Shown in pieces: positions 32,236 to 43,360 of a stretch of DNA of 64,000 bases. The first letter of the stretch is position 1. Each line of letters begins with the position of its first letter. The notes under the pieces were generated by a model. The model saw nothing but the letters and a program-made list of their open reading frames with translations. It ran no database searches and was not told the DNA's origin. A program made the position numbers and the translations under genes. The DNA comes from an uncultured Thermus sp. (GTDB lineage: Bacteria; Deinococcota; Deinococci; Deinococcales; Thermaceae): contig CAMTVD010000009.1 of the NCBI GenBank assembly GCA_947085095.1, positions 1 through 64,000 on the forward strand. Direction: 5' to 3'.

Positions 32236-33558
32236 CTAGGCCACGGGCAAGGGAATGAGGCTGGGCTCCCGGGCCCCCACCACCTCGCCAAAGAGGAGGT
32301 GGGGCGTGGCCTGCTTGACCTCCACCTGGTAAAGCCCCGGGGTGGGGGCCTGGTGAGCGGGGATCAGGACGGGGTGGTTCCCCCGGTCATGCCCCTGCGC
32401 GTACCCCTCCTCCTTGGCCGCCCCCCGCACCAGGACCTCCACCCTCTTCCCCACCCACTCTAGGTTCCGGCGGTAGCTCCACTCCTTCTGCTTCTCAATA
32501 AGTCTCTGCAAGCGCTCCACCTTCACCTCCCGGGGCAGGTCCTGGAAGTGCTTGTAGGCGGGGGTGCCGGGACGGGGGGAGTAGATGAACATGTAGGCCT
32601 GGTCGTACCCCACCTCGTCGTAGAGGGAAAGGGTATCCTGGAAGTCCTCCTCCGTCTCCCCGGGAAAGCCCACAATGATGTCAGTGGAAAGAACCACATC
32701 AGGAAGAGCCTCGCGGATCCTGCGGATCCTCTCCAGGTAGTGGGCCCGGCGGTACTCCCGGGCCATGCGCCTCAGGACCCGGTCCGAGCCCGACTGCACG
32801 GGGAGGTGGATGTAGCGGGTGATGGCCGGGGTCTCGGCGATGGCCTCTATGATGTCGTCGGTGAAGTTCACCGGGTGGCTGGTGAGGAAGCGCACCCTGG
32901 GGATGCCCATCCCCCCCACCATCCTGAGAAGCTCGGCGAAGGAAGGGAAGCCCGGCTGGTCCTTGCCGTAGGAGTTCACGTTCTGGCCCAGGAGGGTGAT
33001 CTCCACCACCCCCGCCTCCCTCAGCATCTCAATCTCCTTCAGGATGAGGTCCGGGTGGCGGGAAACCTCGGGGCCCCGGGTGGTGGGGACGATGCAGTAG
33101 GTGCAGTGGTGGTTGCACCCCCGGATGATGGTCACGTGGGCGGAAAGCGCCCCCTTGGGGGGCGGAGGGATGTAGTCCAGGACGTCCTCCCGGAAGGTGA
33201 GGTCAAAGAACCGCTCGTTCCCCTTCAGCGCCTCAGGCAAGGAGGTGAGGGCCCCGGGGCCCAGGAGGATGTCCACCCCAAACTTCCTGGCCATCTGCTG
33301 CCCCTCGTCCAGCTGGGCCAAACAGCCCATCAGGCCGATGAGGAGGCCCCGCCTCTCCTTCTCCTTGCGAAGCTGGCCCAAAAGGGAGCGGACCTTCTCC
33401 ACCGGCTTGCCCCGCACGGCGCAGGTGTTCACCAAGACGAAGTCCGCCTCCTCCACGGAGTCCACCAGCTCCCACCCCAGGCTCACCAGCTCGCTGGCCA
33501 CCAGGTGGGAGTCGTACTCGTTCATCTGGCATCCGAAGGTGATGATGTGGGCGCGCAT
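32236..33558 (-). CDS. miaB: tRNA methylthiotransferase
   Basis: [26 protein letters not shown]-terminal TRAM; start after AGGAGG. Confidence 0.95.
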   Translation of the reverse strand: MRAHIITFGCQMNEYDSHLVASELVSLGWELVDSVEEADFVLVNTCAVRGKPVEKVRSLLGQLRKEKERRGLLIGLMGCLAQLDEGQQMARKFGVDILLGPGALTSLPEALKGNERFFDLTFREDVLDYIPPPPKGALSAHVTIIRGCNHHCTYCIVPTTRGPEVSRHPDLILKEIEMLREAGVVEITLLGQNVNSYGKDQPGFPSFAELLRMVGGMGIPRVRFLTSHPVNFTDDIIEAIAETPAITRYIHLPVQSGSDRVLRRMAREYRRAHYLERIRRIREALPDVVLSTDIIVGFPGETEEDFQDTLSLYDEVGYDQAYMFIYSPRPGTPAYKHFQDLPREVKVERLQRLIEKQKEWSYRRNLEWVGKRVEVLVRGAAKEEGYAQGHDRGNHPVLIPAHQAPTPGLYQVEVKQATPHLLFGEVVGAREPSLIPLPVA

Positions 33559-33609
33559 TCTTCCTCCTGGGCGACCGGGGGGATCCCGGGCCCGTCCCTT
33601 TAGTGTAGC

Positions 33610-33640
33610 AAAAGGGCCTCCCAAAAGCGGGAGACCCTTC
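33610..33640 (-). terminator. Terminator after tRNA-Met
   Basis: Minus strand AAGGGTCTCCC-GCTTTT-GGGAGGCCCTTTT. Confidence 0.7.
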
Positions 33641-33644
33641 AGCC

Positions 33645-33721
33645 TGGTGGCGGCGGTGGGACTCGAACCCACGACACCACGATTATGAGTCGTGTGCTCT
33701 GACCACCTGAGCTACGCCGCC
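33645..33721 (-). tRNA. tRNA-Met(CAT), elongator type
   Basis: GGCGGCGTAGCTCAGGTGGTCAGAGCACACGACTCATAATCGTGGTGTCGTGGGTTCGAGTCCCACCGCCGCCACCA: 77-nt cloverleaf, paired G1-C72, encoded CCA. Confidence 0.93.
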
Positions 33722-33764
33722 CAGCGCCAGGCAACCCCCATCATAGGGGAGAAGGGCCTAAGGG

Positions 33765-34214
33765 TCAAGGTTCAAACCCGATATGCTCCATGAAGTCGGG
33801 GAGGATTTCTTGGGCAAAGAGCTCCAGGAAAGCCTTCACCGCCCCCAGGCTCACCCCTCCCGTGAGGTCCAGGTCCGACTCTATCCAGACCGCCCCCTCC
33901 CCGTCCAAAAAGGCCCGGCTGAAGCGGCGGTCCCGGTTCCACTGGTTGAGAAGGTCCAGGTCGGGCGGCTCCTCCGGGGTGAAGCCCGCGCTCAGGGTGA
34001 GGACCCCGCAGCGCTCTCCCTGGCAATAGTCCAGGTAGAGCCAGACCCTCTTCAGGCCCGCCATCTCCAGGCGGTACTCGCCCGGGCCGGTGCGCTCGTA
34101 GGCCAGCTGGGCCTCCTGGAATACCCCTTCCAGCTCCTTGGGGGTTATCCCCTTCAAGGAGGCCTGCGCCAAAGCCATGCCCAAAGCCAAAACCACAAAC
34201 AAAAATACCCGCAT
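33765..34214 (-). CDS. Secreted YbjN-domain protein
   Basis: Signal peptide ALA-Q; LNQWNRDRRFSRAFLD, DLTGGV. Confidence 0.75.
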   Translation of the reverse strand: MRVFLFVVLALGMALAQASLKGITPKELEGVFQEAQLAYERTGPGEYRLEMAGLKRVWLYLDYCQGERCGVLTLSAGFTPEEPPDLDLLNQWNRDRRFSRAFLDGEGAVWIESDLDLTGGVSLGAVKAFLELFAQEILPDFMEHIGFEP

Positions 34215-34249
34215 GAAATCCCCCTTCCGTCCCCGAGGACCCCCTCAGC

Positions 34250-35362
34250 TTACACGATGCCCCGCTCCCTCACGAGGCTTCCTTTTAGGAAGCGCTCCAG
34301 GCGGAAGGGCCCTATGTCCAGGCTCCGGGCCCGGCCGAAAACCACCTCCTCCGCCATGAGGCGGCCCACCATGGCCGCCTGCTGCACCCCATGCCCAGAG
34401 AAGCCCGCCGCCACCAGAAGCCCCTCGGCCACGAAGCCCAGGATGGGGTTGTGGTCCGGCGTGACCTCGTAGTAGCCCCACCAGCTGGCCCTCCGGTCCA
34501 GGGAGAGCTCCGAGAGGAAGGGGAAGCGGGCGAGGCCCGCCTCGAGGGTGGGCCCAAGCCAGGCCCAGTCCACCCCCTCGCTAAACCCCGGGGGCTCCTC
34601 GGAGTTGGAGCGGCCGAAGAGGAGGCGCTCCCCCTCGGAGCGCAGGTAAAAGCCCGTCCCCAGGTCAATGGTGAGGGGAAAGGCGTGGGGGAAGGGGGCC
34701 GGGGCCGTGGCAAAGACCATGCGCCTGAGGGGCCATATGGGGATCTCCAGCCCCAGCCGCCGCCCCACCTCCCCCGTCCAGGCCCCGGTGCAGAGGAGGA
34801 GGAAGGGAGCCTCGTGCCGCCCCTTGGGGGTCTCTACCCGCCAAAGGCCCCCATGGCGCTCGGCGAAGAGGAGGGGCTCAGCAAAGCGCACCTCGGCCCC
34901 AAGCCGCCTGGCCTCCTTTAGGTAAAAGGCCGTGGCCCCGTGGGGGTCCATCACCCCGTCCATGGGCCCAAAGGTGGCGAAGGCCAAGCCCTCCTCCCGG
35001 AAGGGCACCTTCTCCCTGGCCTCCGCCAGGCCGAGCCGCTCCACGGGCACCCCCAAGGCTCTCTGCGTCCTCAAGGCCTCCTCCTGAGCCTCCGCCAGAG
35101 CCTCGGGAACCAGAAAGAGGTAACCGATGGGCCGGTAGCCCGCCTCGGGGATCCCCCGGTACTCCAGGATGGAGTGGTAGGAAAGGAGGACATTTAGGGG
35201 CTCGGAGAACTGCACCCTGACCCCCGCCGCGCTCCTTCCCGTGGACCCCTGGGCGAAGGTAGCCTCCTTCTCCAGGAGCAAAACCTCCAGTCCCGCCTCC
35301 GCTAGCCGGTAGGCCGAGGCCGCCCCCAGGATCCCCGCCCCCACCACGATGACCCGGGCCAC
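34250..35362 (-). CDS. FAD-dependent oxidoreductase (sarcosine oxidase beta/DadA family)
   Basis: VGAGILG, STGRSAAG, TPDHNPILG, GFSGHG. Confidence 0.88.
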   Translation of the reverse strand: MARVIVVGAGILGAASAYRLAEAGLEVLLLEKEATFAQGSTGRSAAGVRVQFSEPLNVLLSYHSILEYRGIPEAGYRPIGYLFLVPEALAEAQEEALRTQRALGVPVERLGLAEAREKVPFREEGLAFATFGPMDGVMDPHGATAFYLKEARRLGAEVRFAEPLLFAERHGGLWRVETPKGRHEAPFLLLCTGAWTGEVGRRLGLEIPIWPLRRMVFATAPAPFPHAFPLTIDLGTGFYLRSEGERLLFGRSNSEEPPGFSEGVDWAWLGPTLEAGLARFPFLSELSLDRRASWWGYYEVTPDHNPILGFVAEGLLVAAGFSGHGVQQAAMVGRLMAEEVVFGRARSLDIGPFRLERFLKGSLVRERGIV

Positions 35363-35434
35363 GCCCTGAGTCTACCAAGGGCTCCCCTGTGGTGTAGTGT
35401 AAAAGAGGGCGTTTCCGCCCCAGGAGGTGAAGCC

Positions 35435-36925
35435 ATGCCCCTGATCACCACGGAAACCGGCAAGAAGGTGCACGTTCTCGAGGACGGGCGCAAACTCATC
35501 ACCGTCATCCCCGGAGACGGGATCGGCCCCGAGTGCGTGGAGGCCACCCTCAAGATCCTCGAGGCCGCCAAAGCTCCCTTAGCCTACGAGGTACGGGAGG
35601 CGGGAGCCAGCGTCTTCAAGAAGGGCATCGCCTCGGGTGTACCCCAGGAGACCATAGAGTCCATCCGCAAGACCCGGGTGGCCCTAAAAGGCCCCCTGGA
35701 GACCCCGGTGGGCTATGGGGAGAAGAGCGCCAACGTCACCCTGAGGAAGCTCTTTGAAACCTACGCCAATGTCCGCCCCGTGCGGGAGTTTCCCAACGTC
35801 CCCACCCCCTACTCGGGCCGGGGCATTGACCTGGTGGTGGTGCGGGAGAACGTGGAGGACCTCTACGCGGGGATTGAGCACATGCAGACCCCCGGCGTGG
35901 CCCAGACCCTCAAGCTCATCTCCTGGAAGGGCTCGGAGAAGATCGCCCGTTTCGCCTTTGAGCTGGCCCGGGCTGAGGGGCGGGGGAAGGTCCACTGCGC
36001 CACCAAGTCCAACATCATGAAGCTCGCCGAGGGGACCCTGAAGCGGGCCTTTGAGAGGGTGGCCCAGGACTACCCCGAGATAGAAGCCCACCACATCATC
36101 GTGGACAACGCCGCCCACCAGCTGGTGAAAAGGCCCGAGCAGTTTGAGGTCTTAGTCACCAGCAACATGAACGGGGACATCCTCTCCGACCTCACCTCGG
36201 GGCTCATCGGCGGCCTGGGCTTCGCCCCCTCGGCCAACATCGGCAACGAGGTGGCCATCTTTGAGGCCGTCCACGGCTCCGCCCCCAAGTACGCCGGGAA
36301 GAACGTCATCAACCCCACCGCCGTCCTCCTCTCCGCGGTGATGATGCTCCGCTACCTGGAGGAGTTCGCCACGGCGGACCTCATTGAGAACGCCGTCCTC
36401 TACACCCTCGAGGAGGGCCGGGTCCTCACGGGGGACGTGGTGGGCTACGACCGGGGGGCCAAGACCACGGAGTACACCGAGGCCATCATCCAGAACCTGG
36501 GGAAGACCCCCAAGAAGGCCCGGGTGCGGGACTACAAGCCCTTCCGCCTGCCCCAGGTGAAGGAGGCCATCGCCGCCATCGTCCCCAAGAGCCGCAGGGT
36601 GGTGGGGGTGGACATCTTCGTGGAAACCGACCTCCTGCCCGAGCCCCTGGGGAAGGCCCTGGAGGACCTCGCCGCGGGCACCCCCTTCCGGCTCAAGATG
36701 GTCTCCAACCGCGGCACCCAGGTCTACCCCCCCACCGGAGGGCTCACCGACCTGGTGGACCACTACCGCTGCCGGTTCCTTTACCGGGGGGAGGGGGAGG
36801 CCAAGGACCAAGAGATCCTGGACCTGGTAAGCCGGGTGGCCAGCCGCTTCCGCTGGATGCACCTGGAAAAGCTCCAGGAGTTTGACGGCGAACCCGGTTT
36901 CACCAAGGCCCAAGGAGAGGACTGA
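35435..36925 (+). CDS. icd: Isocitrate dehydrogenase, Thermus type with C-terminal extension
   Basis: IPGDGIGPE, KGPLETPVG, SANVTLRK, NMNGDILSD, EAVHGSAPKYAG; 496 aa. Confidence 0.92.
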   Translation: MPLITTETGKKVHVLEDGRKLITVIPGDGIGPECVEATLKILEAAKAPLAYEVREAGASVFKKGIASGVPQETIESIRKTRVALKGPLETPVGYGEKSANVTLRKLFETYANVRPVREFPNVPTPYSGRGIDLVVVRENVEDLYAGIEHMQTPGVAQTLKLISWKGSEKIARFAFELARAEGRGKVHCATKSNIMKLAEGTLKRAFERVAQDYPEIEAHHIIVDNAAHQLVKRPEQFEVLVTSNMNGDILSDLTSGLIGGLGFAPSANIGNEVAIFEAVHGSAPKYAGKNVINPTAVLLSAVMMLRYLEEFATADLIENAVLYTLEEGRVLTGDVVGYDRGAKTTEYTEAIIQNLGKTPKKARVRDYKPFRLPQVKEAIAAIVPKSRRVVGVDIFVETDLLPEPLGKALEDLAAGTPFRLKMVSNRGTQVYPPTGGLTDLVDHYRCRFLYRGEGEAKDQEILDLVSRVASRFRWMHLEKLQEFDGEPGFTKAQGED

Positions 36926-37006
36926 AACCCCAGAAGGACCCACCGTACACCCGGCCTCCGCCATAACGAAGAAGGGTACGAAAGCATCATCGCGTAGAGG
37001 AAAACC

Positions 37007-38287
37007 ATGGCTTACACACACATCAAACTCCCGGAAGAAGGCGAGCGGATCACCATCCAAGACGGCGTGCTCCAGGTCCCGAACCAGCCCATCATCGGCT
37101 TCATTGAGGGGGACGGAACGGGTCCAGATATCTGGAGAGCGGCCAAACCCGTTCTAGACGCGGCGGTAGCCAAGGCCTACGGCGGGCGGCGGCGCATCGT
37201 TTGGGTAGAGCTTTACGCCGGGGAAAAGGCCAACCAGGTCTACGGGGAGCCCATCTGGCTTCCCAAGGAAACCCTGGCGTTCATCCAGGAGTACCTGGTG
37301 GCCATCAAGGGCCCCCTGACCACGCCGGTGGGCGGGGGCATCCGCAGCATCAACGTGGCCCTCAGGCAGGAGCTGGACCTCTACGCCTGCGTGCGCCCCG
37401 TGCGCTGGTTCCAGGGGGTGCCGAGCCCGGTGAAGCACCCGGAGCTGGTGAACATGGTCATCTTCCGGGAGAACACCGAGGACATCTACGCCGGGGTTGA
37501 GTGGCCGGCGGGGAGCGAAGGGGTGCAGAAGGTCCTGGACTTCCTCAAAAGGGAGTTCCCCCAGGCCTACGCCAAGGTCCGCTTCCCCGAGACCCCGGGC
37601 CTGGGCCTGAAGCCCATTTCCCAGGAGGGGACGGAGCGCCTGGTGGAGGCGGCCATTGAGTACGCCATCAAGGAGGACCTCCCCAGCGTGACCCTGGTGC
37701 ACAAGGGGAACATCATGAAGTTCACCGAAGGGGCCTTCCGGGAGTGGGGCTACGCCCTGGCCCGGGAGAAGTACGGGGCCAAACCTTTGGACGGCGGGCC
37801 CTGGCACGTGCTCAAGAACCCCCGCACCGGCCGGGAGATCGTCATCAAGGACATGATCGCCGACAACTTCCTGCAGCAGATCCTCCTCCGCCCCGACGAG
37901 TACTCGGTGATCGCCACCATGAACCTCAACGGGGACTACCTCTCCGACGCCCTGGCCGCCCAGGTGGGAGGGATCGGCATCGCTCCCGGGGCCAACATCA
38001 ACTACAAGACGGGGCACGCCGTCTTTGAGGCCACCCACGGCACCGCTCCCAAGTACGCGGGCCAGGACAAGGTGAACCCCAGTAGCGTCATCCTCTCCGG
38101 GGAGATGATGCTCCGCTACCTGGGCTGGAACGAGGCGGCGGACCTGATCCTCAGGGCCATGGAGAGAACCATCGGCAAAGGCCTCGTCACCTACGACTTC
38201 CACCGCCTCCTGGTGGCCGAGGGCAAGCCCGCCACCCTCCTTAAGACCAGCGAGTTCGGCCAGGCCCTGATCCAGCACATGGACTAG
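37007..38287 (+). CDS. icd: NADP-dependent isocitrate dehydrogenase, E. coli/Bacillus type
   Basis: [55 protein letters not shown]. Confidence 0.93.
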   Translation: MAYTHIKLPEEGERITIQDGVLQVPNQPIIGFIEGDGTGPDIWRAAKPVLDAAVAKAYGGRRRIVWVELYAGEKANQVYGEPIWLPKETLAFIQEYLVAIKGPLTTPVGGGIRSINVALRQELDLYACVRPVRWFQGVPSPVKHPELVNMVIFRENTEDIYAGVEWPAGSEGVQKVLDFLKREFPQAYAKVRFPETPGLGLKPISQEGTERLVEAAIEYAIKEDLPSVTLVHKGNIMKFTEGAFREWGYALAREKYGAKPLDGGPWHVLKNPRTGREIVIKDMIADNFLQQILLRPDEYSVIATMNLNGDYLSDALAAQVGGIGIAPGANINYKTGHAVFEATHGTAPKYAGQDKVNPSSVILSGEMMLRYLGWNEAADLILRAMERTIGKGLVTYDFHRLLVAEGKPATLLKTSEFGQALIQHMD

Positions 38288-40071
38288 GCCAGGGCGAAGC
38301 GGGCCTCGAGGGCCCCTAGGTCCGCCTCCAGGAAGTGGAGGCGGGCCTCGGTGTTTAGGGGAAGGGGGTGGGAGAGCGCCACCTGGGTGGTGAGGCCCAG
38401 CTCGGGAAGGAGGAAGACCCCCTGGCCCCCCCGCCGTTCCACCAGAACCCCGGGGCCCTCGTAGCCCTTTTCCATCAGGTAAAGAAGGGTCCAGTGGAGC
38501 TTGCTCCGCCTCTCCGCCTCCCGCACCAGGTCGGCCACGGCCTCCGCCGCCCCCACCCTCTCCAGGATCTCCCTCTGGGAAAGGGGCTTCTCCCCTCTGA
38601 GCCAGGCCCTAAGCTGCTGGTGGGCCACCAGGTCCAGGTAGCGCCTTAGAGGGCTCGTCACCTGGGCGTAAAGGGGAAGGCCCAGGCCCTTGTGAGGGGC
38701 GGGCACCGCCTTGAGCTGGGCCCGTTTCAGGGTGCGCCGCTGGGCGAAAAGGGCCGCCAGCCCTTCCCCTTCCACCCGATGGGAAGGAGCCTCCTGGGTG
38801 GCAAAGGGGAAGGGAAGGCCCTCCTTAAGGGCCAGGTGGGCGGCGGCGTAGCCCGCGAGGAGCATGGCCTCCCGCACCCAGACCCGGCTCTCGTAGGGGG
38901 GGAGAGGGGTGATCCTGATCTCCTCCCCCTCCACCCGCACCTTCACCTCGGGGAGGGCGATGTCCAGGGCCCCCTGGGCCAAGCGCTTGTCCAGAAAGGC
39001 CTCCGCCAGCTCCTTCAGGGGGCCCAAGGCCTCCACCCCCAGGGCCTCCCGGTAGGTGAGGCGCCTCACCCGCACCCAGGAGAGGTAAAGGGCCTCTTCC
39101 AGAAGCTCCCCTTCTGGGGAGACCAGGAGGTCAAAGGTGAGGGCGGGGGAAACCTCCTTTAGCCCCAGGCCCAGGGCCTCGGTGACGGCCAAGGGGAGCA
39201 TGGGCACCGTGCCCTCGGGGAGGTAGAGGTTGGCCCCCCGGCGGAGGGCCTCCCCGTCCAAGGGGCTTCCCGGGGCCACCAGGGCCGCCACGTCGGCCAC
39301 GTGCACCAGGAGGCGGAAGCCCTCCTCCACCCTTTCGGCGTAGACCGCGTCGTCCGGGTCCTGGCTTCCCTCGTCGTCAATGGCGAAGGCAAGGAGGTGG
39401 GTGAGGTCCACCCGCTCCTCCTCGGGGAGGGGGGGTACGGGAAGGTCTGGCGGGGCCAGGGGAAGGCCAAGCCGCCTGGGGTGGGGGTTTTCCCGCCGCC
39501 AAAGCCCAAGGCGCAGGAGGAGGCCGTGGGCGGCCTCGGGGGTTTCGGGAAGGCCCAGGGCCTTCAGGACCCGGCTTTCCTTCCGCTCCCCGTAGGCCAG
39601 GGCCTCCACTTCGGCCAGAAGGGGGCGGTCCTCGGGGGAGGGCCGTCCCTGGCGGATCCGCTCCAGGGCCTCCTGAAAGGCCCGCTCCCTCTCCTCCCTG
39701 CGCCTTTTCATCTCCTCCAGGGAGGCCAGCTCCTCCCGGGTGCGGGCCCGGACCTCGCCACCCTCCAGGACGAACCTCTCCCCCTTCTGGGCCAGGAGGT
39801 AGGCCCCGTAGGCGGCCTCGGGGGTGTACTGGCCGTAGACCAGCTCGGCCAGCTCCTTCAGGCTCACCCTCTGGCCCTGGAGGAGTTCCCAGGCCTCTTC
39901 CTCCTCCCCCTCGGGTACCCTCAGGTCCAGGCTGGCGGGGCCGGGGTGGAGGAAAAGCACATCCTTGGGGCGAACCTTGAGCTTTTCCCCGCCTTCAAGG
40001 GTGATCTCCAAGCGGTCCCCCTTCTCCTCCGCCAGGGCGGGCTTGCCTTTGTAGATGACGAGCGCGGCCAC
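38284..40071 (-). CDS. RNB-domain exoribonuclease (RNase II/R family)
   Basis: [29 protein letters not shown]. Confidence 0.9.
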   Translation of the reverse strand: MAALVIYKGKPALAEEKGDRLEITLEGGEKLKVRPKDVLFLHPGPASLDLRVPEGEEEEAWELLQGQRVSLKELAELVYGQYTPEAAYGAYLLAQKGERFVLEGGEVRARTREELASLEEMKRRREERERAFQEALERIRQGRPSPEDRPLLAEVEALAYGERKESRVLKALGLPETPEAAHGLLLRLGLWRRENPHPRRLGLPLAPPDLPVPPLPEEERVDLTHLLAFAIDDEGSQDPDDAVYAERVEEGFRLLVHVADVAALVAPGSPLDGEALRRGANLYLPEGTVPMLPLAVTEALGLGLKEVSPALTFDLLVSPEGELLEEALYLSWVRVRRLTYREALGVEALGPLKELAEAFLDKRLAQGALDIALPEVKVRVEGEEIRITPLPPYESRVWVREAMLLAGYAAAHLALKEGLPFPFATQEAPSHRVEGEGLAALFAQRRTLKRAQLKAVPAPHKGLGLPLYAQVTSPLRRYLDLVAHQQLRAWLRGEKPLSQREILERVGAAEAVADLVREAERRSKLHWTLLYLMEKGYEGPGVLVERRGGQGVFLLPELGLTTQVALSHPLPLNTEARLHFLEADLGALEARFALA

Positions 40072-40106
40072 GCCCCCTAGGATAGCGGACAGGTATAGTG
40101 AGGCCC

Positions 40107-41819
40107 ATGGAGTGGGACCTTTCGGACCTCTACGCCTCCCCTGAGGACCCCAGGCTTTTCCAGGACCTCGAGGCCGCCCTGGCCGTGGCCCAGGGCCTAG
40201 ACCCCAAGGACCTCCTAAAGCCGGATAGGACAGCGGACCTCCTCGCCCGCTACGAGAAGGCCTTGGAGCTCGCCTACAAGCCCCTGAACTACGCCAGCCT
40301 CTACTTCGCCACCCGCACCCAGGACCCCGGGGCCAAGGCCCTCTTGGACCGGGTCAGGAACCGCTACACCGAGGTGAAAAACCACCTCGTCCCCCTGGAG
40401 GTGGCCCTGAGGAAGCTCCCCGAGGAGGCCTTCCAGGCCCTTTTGGCCCACCCGGGCCTCACGGACCTCCGCCACTTCCTGGAAAGGCAGCGGGCCTACG
40501 CCCCCTACACCCTTTCTGAGCGGGAAGAGGAGCTCCTGAACCTCAAGGGCCTGGTGGGTAAAAGCGCCTGGAGCCAGTTCTACACGGAGTACACGGGCCG
40601 CTTCCGCTTTCTGGTGCGGGGCCAGGAGCTCACGGAGATGGAGGTGCGGGCCCTGAGGCGGGACCCCGACCCCGAGGTGCGCCGGGAAGCCCACCAGGTC
40701 CTCTATGCCAGGCTTCTGGAGGAAGCGCCCACCCTGAGCGCCGTCTTTAACGCGGTTTATCTGGACTATCTCCAGGACCTCCGCCTGCGGAACTACGGGA
40801 ACCCCCTGGAGCCCGTGGCCCTAAGGGATGAGGTGGAGGTGCGGGACATTGAGGCCCTCCTTTCGGCCACGGAAAGCTTCTACCCCCTGGTGGAGCGCTA
40901 CTACCTCTGGAAGGCGAAAAGGCTCGGCCTGGAGAAGACCCCAAGCCAGGACCTCCTCGCCCCCTTAGGGGAGAAGCCCAAGGTGCCCTTTGAAGAGGCC
41001 AAGGAGATGGTCCTCGAGGCCTTCCGCCGCTTCTCCCCCGAGGTGGAGGGCATCGCCCGGGAGTTCTTTGAAAAGCGCTGGATAGACGTTTACCCCAGGC
41101 CCGGCAAGCGGGGCGGAGCCTTCTGTAGCGGGGGGCTTCCCTCCACCCACCCCTACGTCCTCCTCAACCACACCGACGACCTGGACAGCGCCCACACCCT
41201 GGCCCACGAGCTGGGGCACGGGGTGCATTTCTACTTGGCGAGGAAGCAGCGCCTCCTCAACTTCGGGGCCTCCACCCCCCTGGCGGAGACCGCCAGCGTC
41301 TTCGCGGAGATCCTCCTGGACGACCTCCTTTTGGAGAGACTTTCCGGCGAGGAGAAAACCCTCCTCCTGGCGGAGCGGGTGGAGGACGCCATCAACACCC
41401 TCTTCCGCCAGGTGATGTACACCTTCTTTGAGAAGCGGAGCCTCCTGGCCCGGCAAGAAGCCGCCCTCTCCCCCGAGGCCTTCCACCAGATCTGGCAGGA
41501 GGAGCAGAGGAGGCTTTACGGGGAGGGCGTGGCCTGGACCGAGCTGGACCAGTCCGCTTGGGCGGGCATCCCCCACTTCGTCCACTACCGCTTCTACACC
41601 TATAGCTACGCCTTAGGCTACCTGGTGGTCCTGGCCCTCTACGGCCGTTACCGGGAGGAGGGGAAGGCCTTCGTGCCCAAGTACCTGGAGGTGCTGAAGG
41701 CGGGGGAAAAGGCGAGCCCCAAGGAGATCCTGGCCCAAGCCGGGGTGGAGCTCGCCTCCGAGGCCTTCTTCCGCTACGGCTTCGGGGTCTTGGAGGACTG
41801 GATCAAGGCCCTTCCCTAG
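40107..41819 (+). CDS. pepF: Oligoendopeptidase F (peptidase M3B)
   Basis: WDLSDLY, GKRGGAFC, HELGHGVH, AETAS, FYTYSY. Confidence 0.9.
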   Translation: MEWDLSDLYASPEDPRLFQDLEAALAVAQGLDPKDLLKPDRTADLLARYEKALELAYKPLNYASLYFATRTQDPGAKALLDRVRNRYTEVKNHLVPLEVALRKLPEEAFQALLAHPGLTDLRHFLERQRAYAPYTLSEREEELLNLKGLVGKSAWSQFYTEYTGRFRFLVRGQELTEMEVRALRRDPDPEVRREAHQVLYARLLEEAPTLSAVFNAVYLDYLQDLRLRNYGNPLEPVALRDEVEVRDIEALLSATESFYPLVERYYLWKAKRLGLEKTPSQDLLAPLGEKPKVPFEEAKEMVLEAFRRFSPEVEGIAREFFEKRWIDVYPRPGKRGGAFCSGGLPSTHPYVLLNHTDDLDSAHTLAHELGHGVHFYLARKQRLLNFGASTPLAETASVFAEILLDDLLLERLSGEEKTLLLAERVEDAINTLFRQVMYTFFEKRSLLARQEAALSPEAFHQIWQEEQRRLYGEGVAWTELDQSAWAGIPHFVHYRFYTYSYALGYLVVLALYGRYREEGKAFVPKYLEVLKAGEKASPKEILAQAGVELASEAFFRYGFGVLEDWIKALP

Positions 41820-41833
41820 GCGAAAATAAAGGG

Positions 41834-42877
41834 ATGGACCTGGTCTACCGCCCCGAGCGCTACCCCTTCCTCACCCAGGACCTCCCCGGGATAGGGGGGG
41901 TGATCCGCCTCCTCCCTCAGGACTTCCAGGTGGAGGAGGTGCCCGCCTACCTGCCCAGCGGGGAAGGGGAGCACCTCTACCTCCTCCTGGAGAAGGAGGG
42001 CCTCACCACCCGGGAGGTCTTTGAGTTCCTGCGGGACCAGGTGGGCGTCCCGGAAAAAGAGATCGGGGTGGCGGGCCTCAAGGACAAGCACGCCCTCACC
42101 CGGCAGTGGTTTTCCATCCCCAGGAAGCACGAGGATGCCCTCTGCCTTTTGGAAAACCTAAGGGGGGTACGGCTCCTCCACGCTGACCTCCACACCAACA
42201 AGCTGAGGATCGGCCACCTCAGGGGAAACCGCTTCCGGATCCTCATCCGGGAGCCCCAGGGAGGAAGGGAGCGGGCGGAGGCCATCCTTCGGGTCCTTCA
42301 GGAGAAGGGGGTGCCCAACTACTACGGCCCCCAGCGCTTCGGCCTTAAGGGCCTGAACCCGGTGCGGGGGTACGAGCTTTTGCAGAAAGGGAAGGGCCGG
42401 GGAACCCCCTGGCTCAAGCGCTTCCTCATGGGAAGCCTCCAGAGCCTCCTCTTCAACGACTGGGTGGCCCTCAGGATGGAAAAGGGCCTTTACGACCGGG
42501 TGATCCCCGGGGACTGGGCCAAGAAGCACGCCACGGGGGGGGAGTTCCTGGTGGAAAGCGCATCCGAGACGGAACGGGCCCTGCGCCTGGAGATCAGCGC
42601 CACCGGGCCCCTCTTCGGCAAGAAGTACCCGGAGGCCCAGGGAGAGGCCCGGGCCCTCGAGGACGAGGTCCTGGAGCGCTACGCCTTGAAGCGGGAGGAC
42701 TTTAAGGCCCGCCGGGGAGCCAGGCGGCCCATCCGGGTACCCCTGGCCGAGTGGGAGGTGCGGGAAACCCCGGAAGGGCTGTGGCTCTCCTTCTTCCTCC
42801 CCAAGGGGAGCTACGCCACGAGCCTCCTCCGGGAGGTGATGAAGCGGGAGGTGGACGCCCCGGACGAGGAAGAATAA
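41834..42877 (+). CDS. truD: tRNA pseudouridine(13) synthase
   Basis: DFQVEE, AGLKDKHALTRQW, GNRFRI, NYYGPQRFG, LPKGSYAT. Confidence 0.95.
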   Translation: MDLVYRPERYPFLTQDLPGIGGVIRLLPQDFQVEEVPAYLPSGEGEHLYLLLEKEGLTTREVFEFLRDQVGVPEKEIGVAGLKDKHALTRQWFSIPRKHEDALCLLENLRGVRLLHADLHTNKLRIGHLRGNRFRILIREPQGGRERAEAILRVLQEKGVPNYYGPQRFGLKGLNPVRGYELLQKGKGRGTPWLKRFLMGSLQSLLFNDWVALRMEKGLYDRVIPGDWAKKHATGGEFLVESASETERALRLEISATGPLFGKKYPEAQGEARALEDEVLERYALKREDFKARRGARRPIRVPLAEWEVRETPEGLWLSFFLPKGSYATSLLREVMKREVDAPDEEE

Positions 42878-42878
42878 C

Positions 42879-42902
42879 CCCCCCACCCCATGGGGTGGGG
42901 GG
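42879..42902. terminator. Perfect 24-bp palindrome between convergent genes
   Basis: CCCCCCACCCCATGGGGTGGGGGG; no U-tract, so function is uncertain. Confidence 0.45.
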
Positions 42903-42916
42903 CTCCGCCTCCTGGC

Positions 42917-43357
42917 CTAGAAGCGGTAGCCCAGCTTGAGCTGGGCCGCCAGCGCATTCCCCGCAAGGCCGATGTCCCCGCCCAGGAAGAAGGGGCTACC
43001 CAGGACTGCTTTCAGGTCGTACTCCGCATCCGCCCGGAAGTAGAGCCTGGTGTTGCCGAAGTCAAACCCCGGGACGCTCACCCCCAGGCCCACCCCCACC
43101 TTCAGCCCCTCGGGGAAGGGGTAGAGGTAGCGGAGGAGGAAAGCGCCGTTGACCTTGCCGCCCTCGTCATAGGCCAGGTCCAGGGCTGGGCGCACCTCCC
43201 CCACCGGGGGCTGGAAGAGGAGGCAGTGCCAGGAAACCTCCACCCCAAACCCCTGGGTTCCGCCAATAGCCGCCAGGGAGGGCCTTAGGTTCTCCACGGA
43301 AAACTGGGCCGAGGCCACGCCAAGGGCCAAAACCAACGCCGCCAAAAGTTTCCTCAT
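42917..43357 (-). CDS. Small outer-membrane beta-barrel protein
   Basis: Signal peptide ASA-Q, amphipathic strands, C-terminal LKLGYRF beta-signal. Confidence 0.7.
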   Translation of the reverse strand: MRKLLAALVLALGVASAQFSVENLRPSLAAIGGTQGFGVEVSWHCLLFQPPVGEVRPALDLAYDEGGKVNGAFLLRYLYPFPEGLKVGVGLGVSVPGFDFGNTRLYFRADAEYDLKAVLGSPFFLGGDIGLAGNALAAQLKLGYRF

Positions 43358-43360
43358 AGT

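Noticed and set aside
33645..33721. Initiator tRNA-fMet or tRNA-Ile2 assignment
   Set aside because: G1-C72 is paired and the anticodon stem lacks three consecutive G-C pairs, so it is not initiator; the acceptor stem resembles elongator Met, though Ile2 cannot be fully excluded without a covariance model
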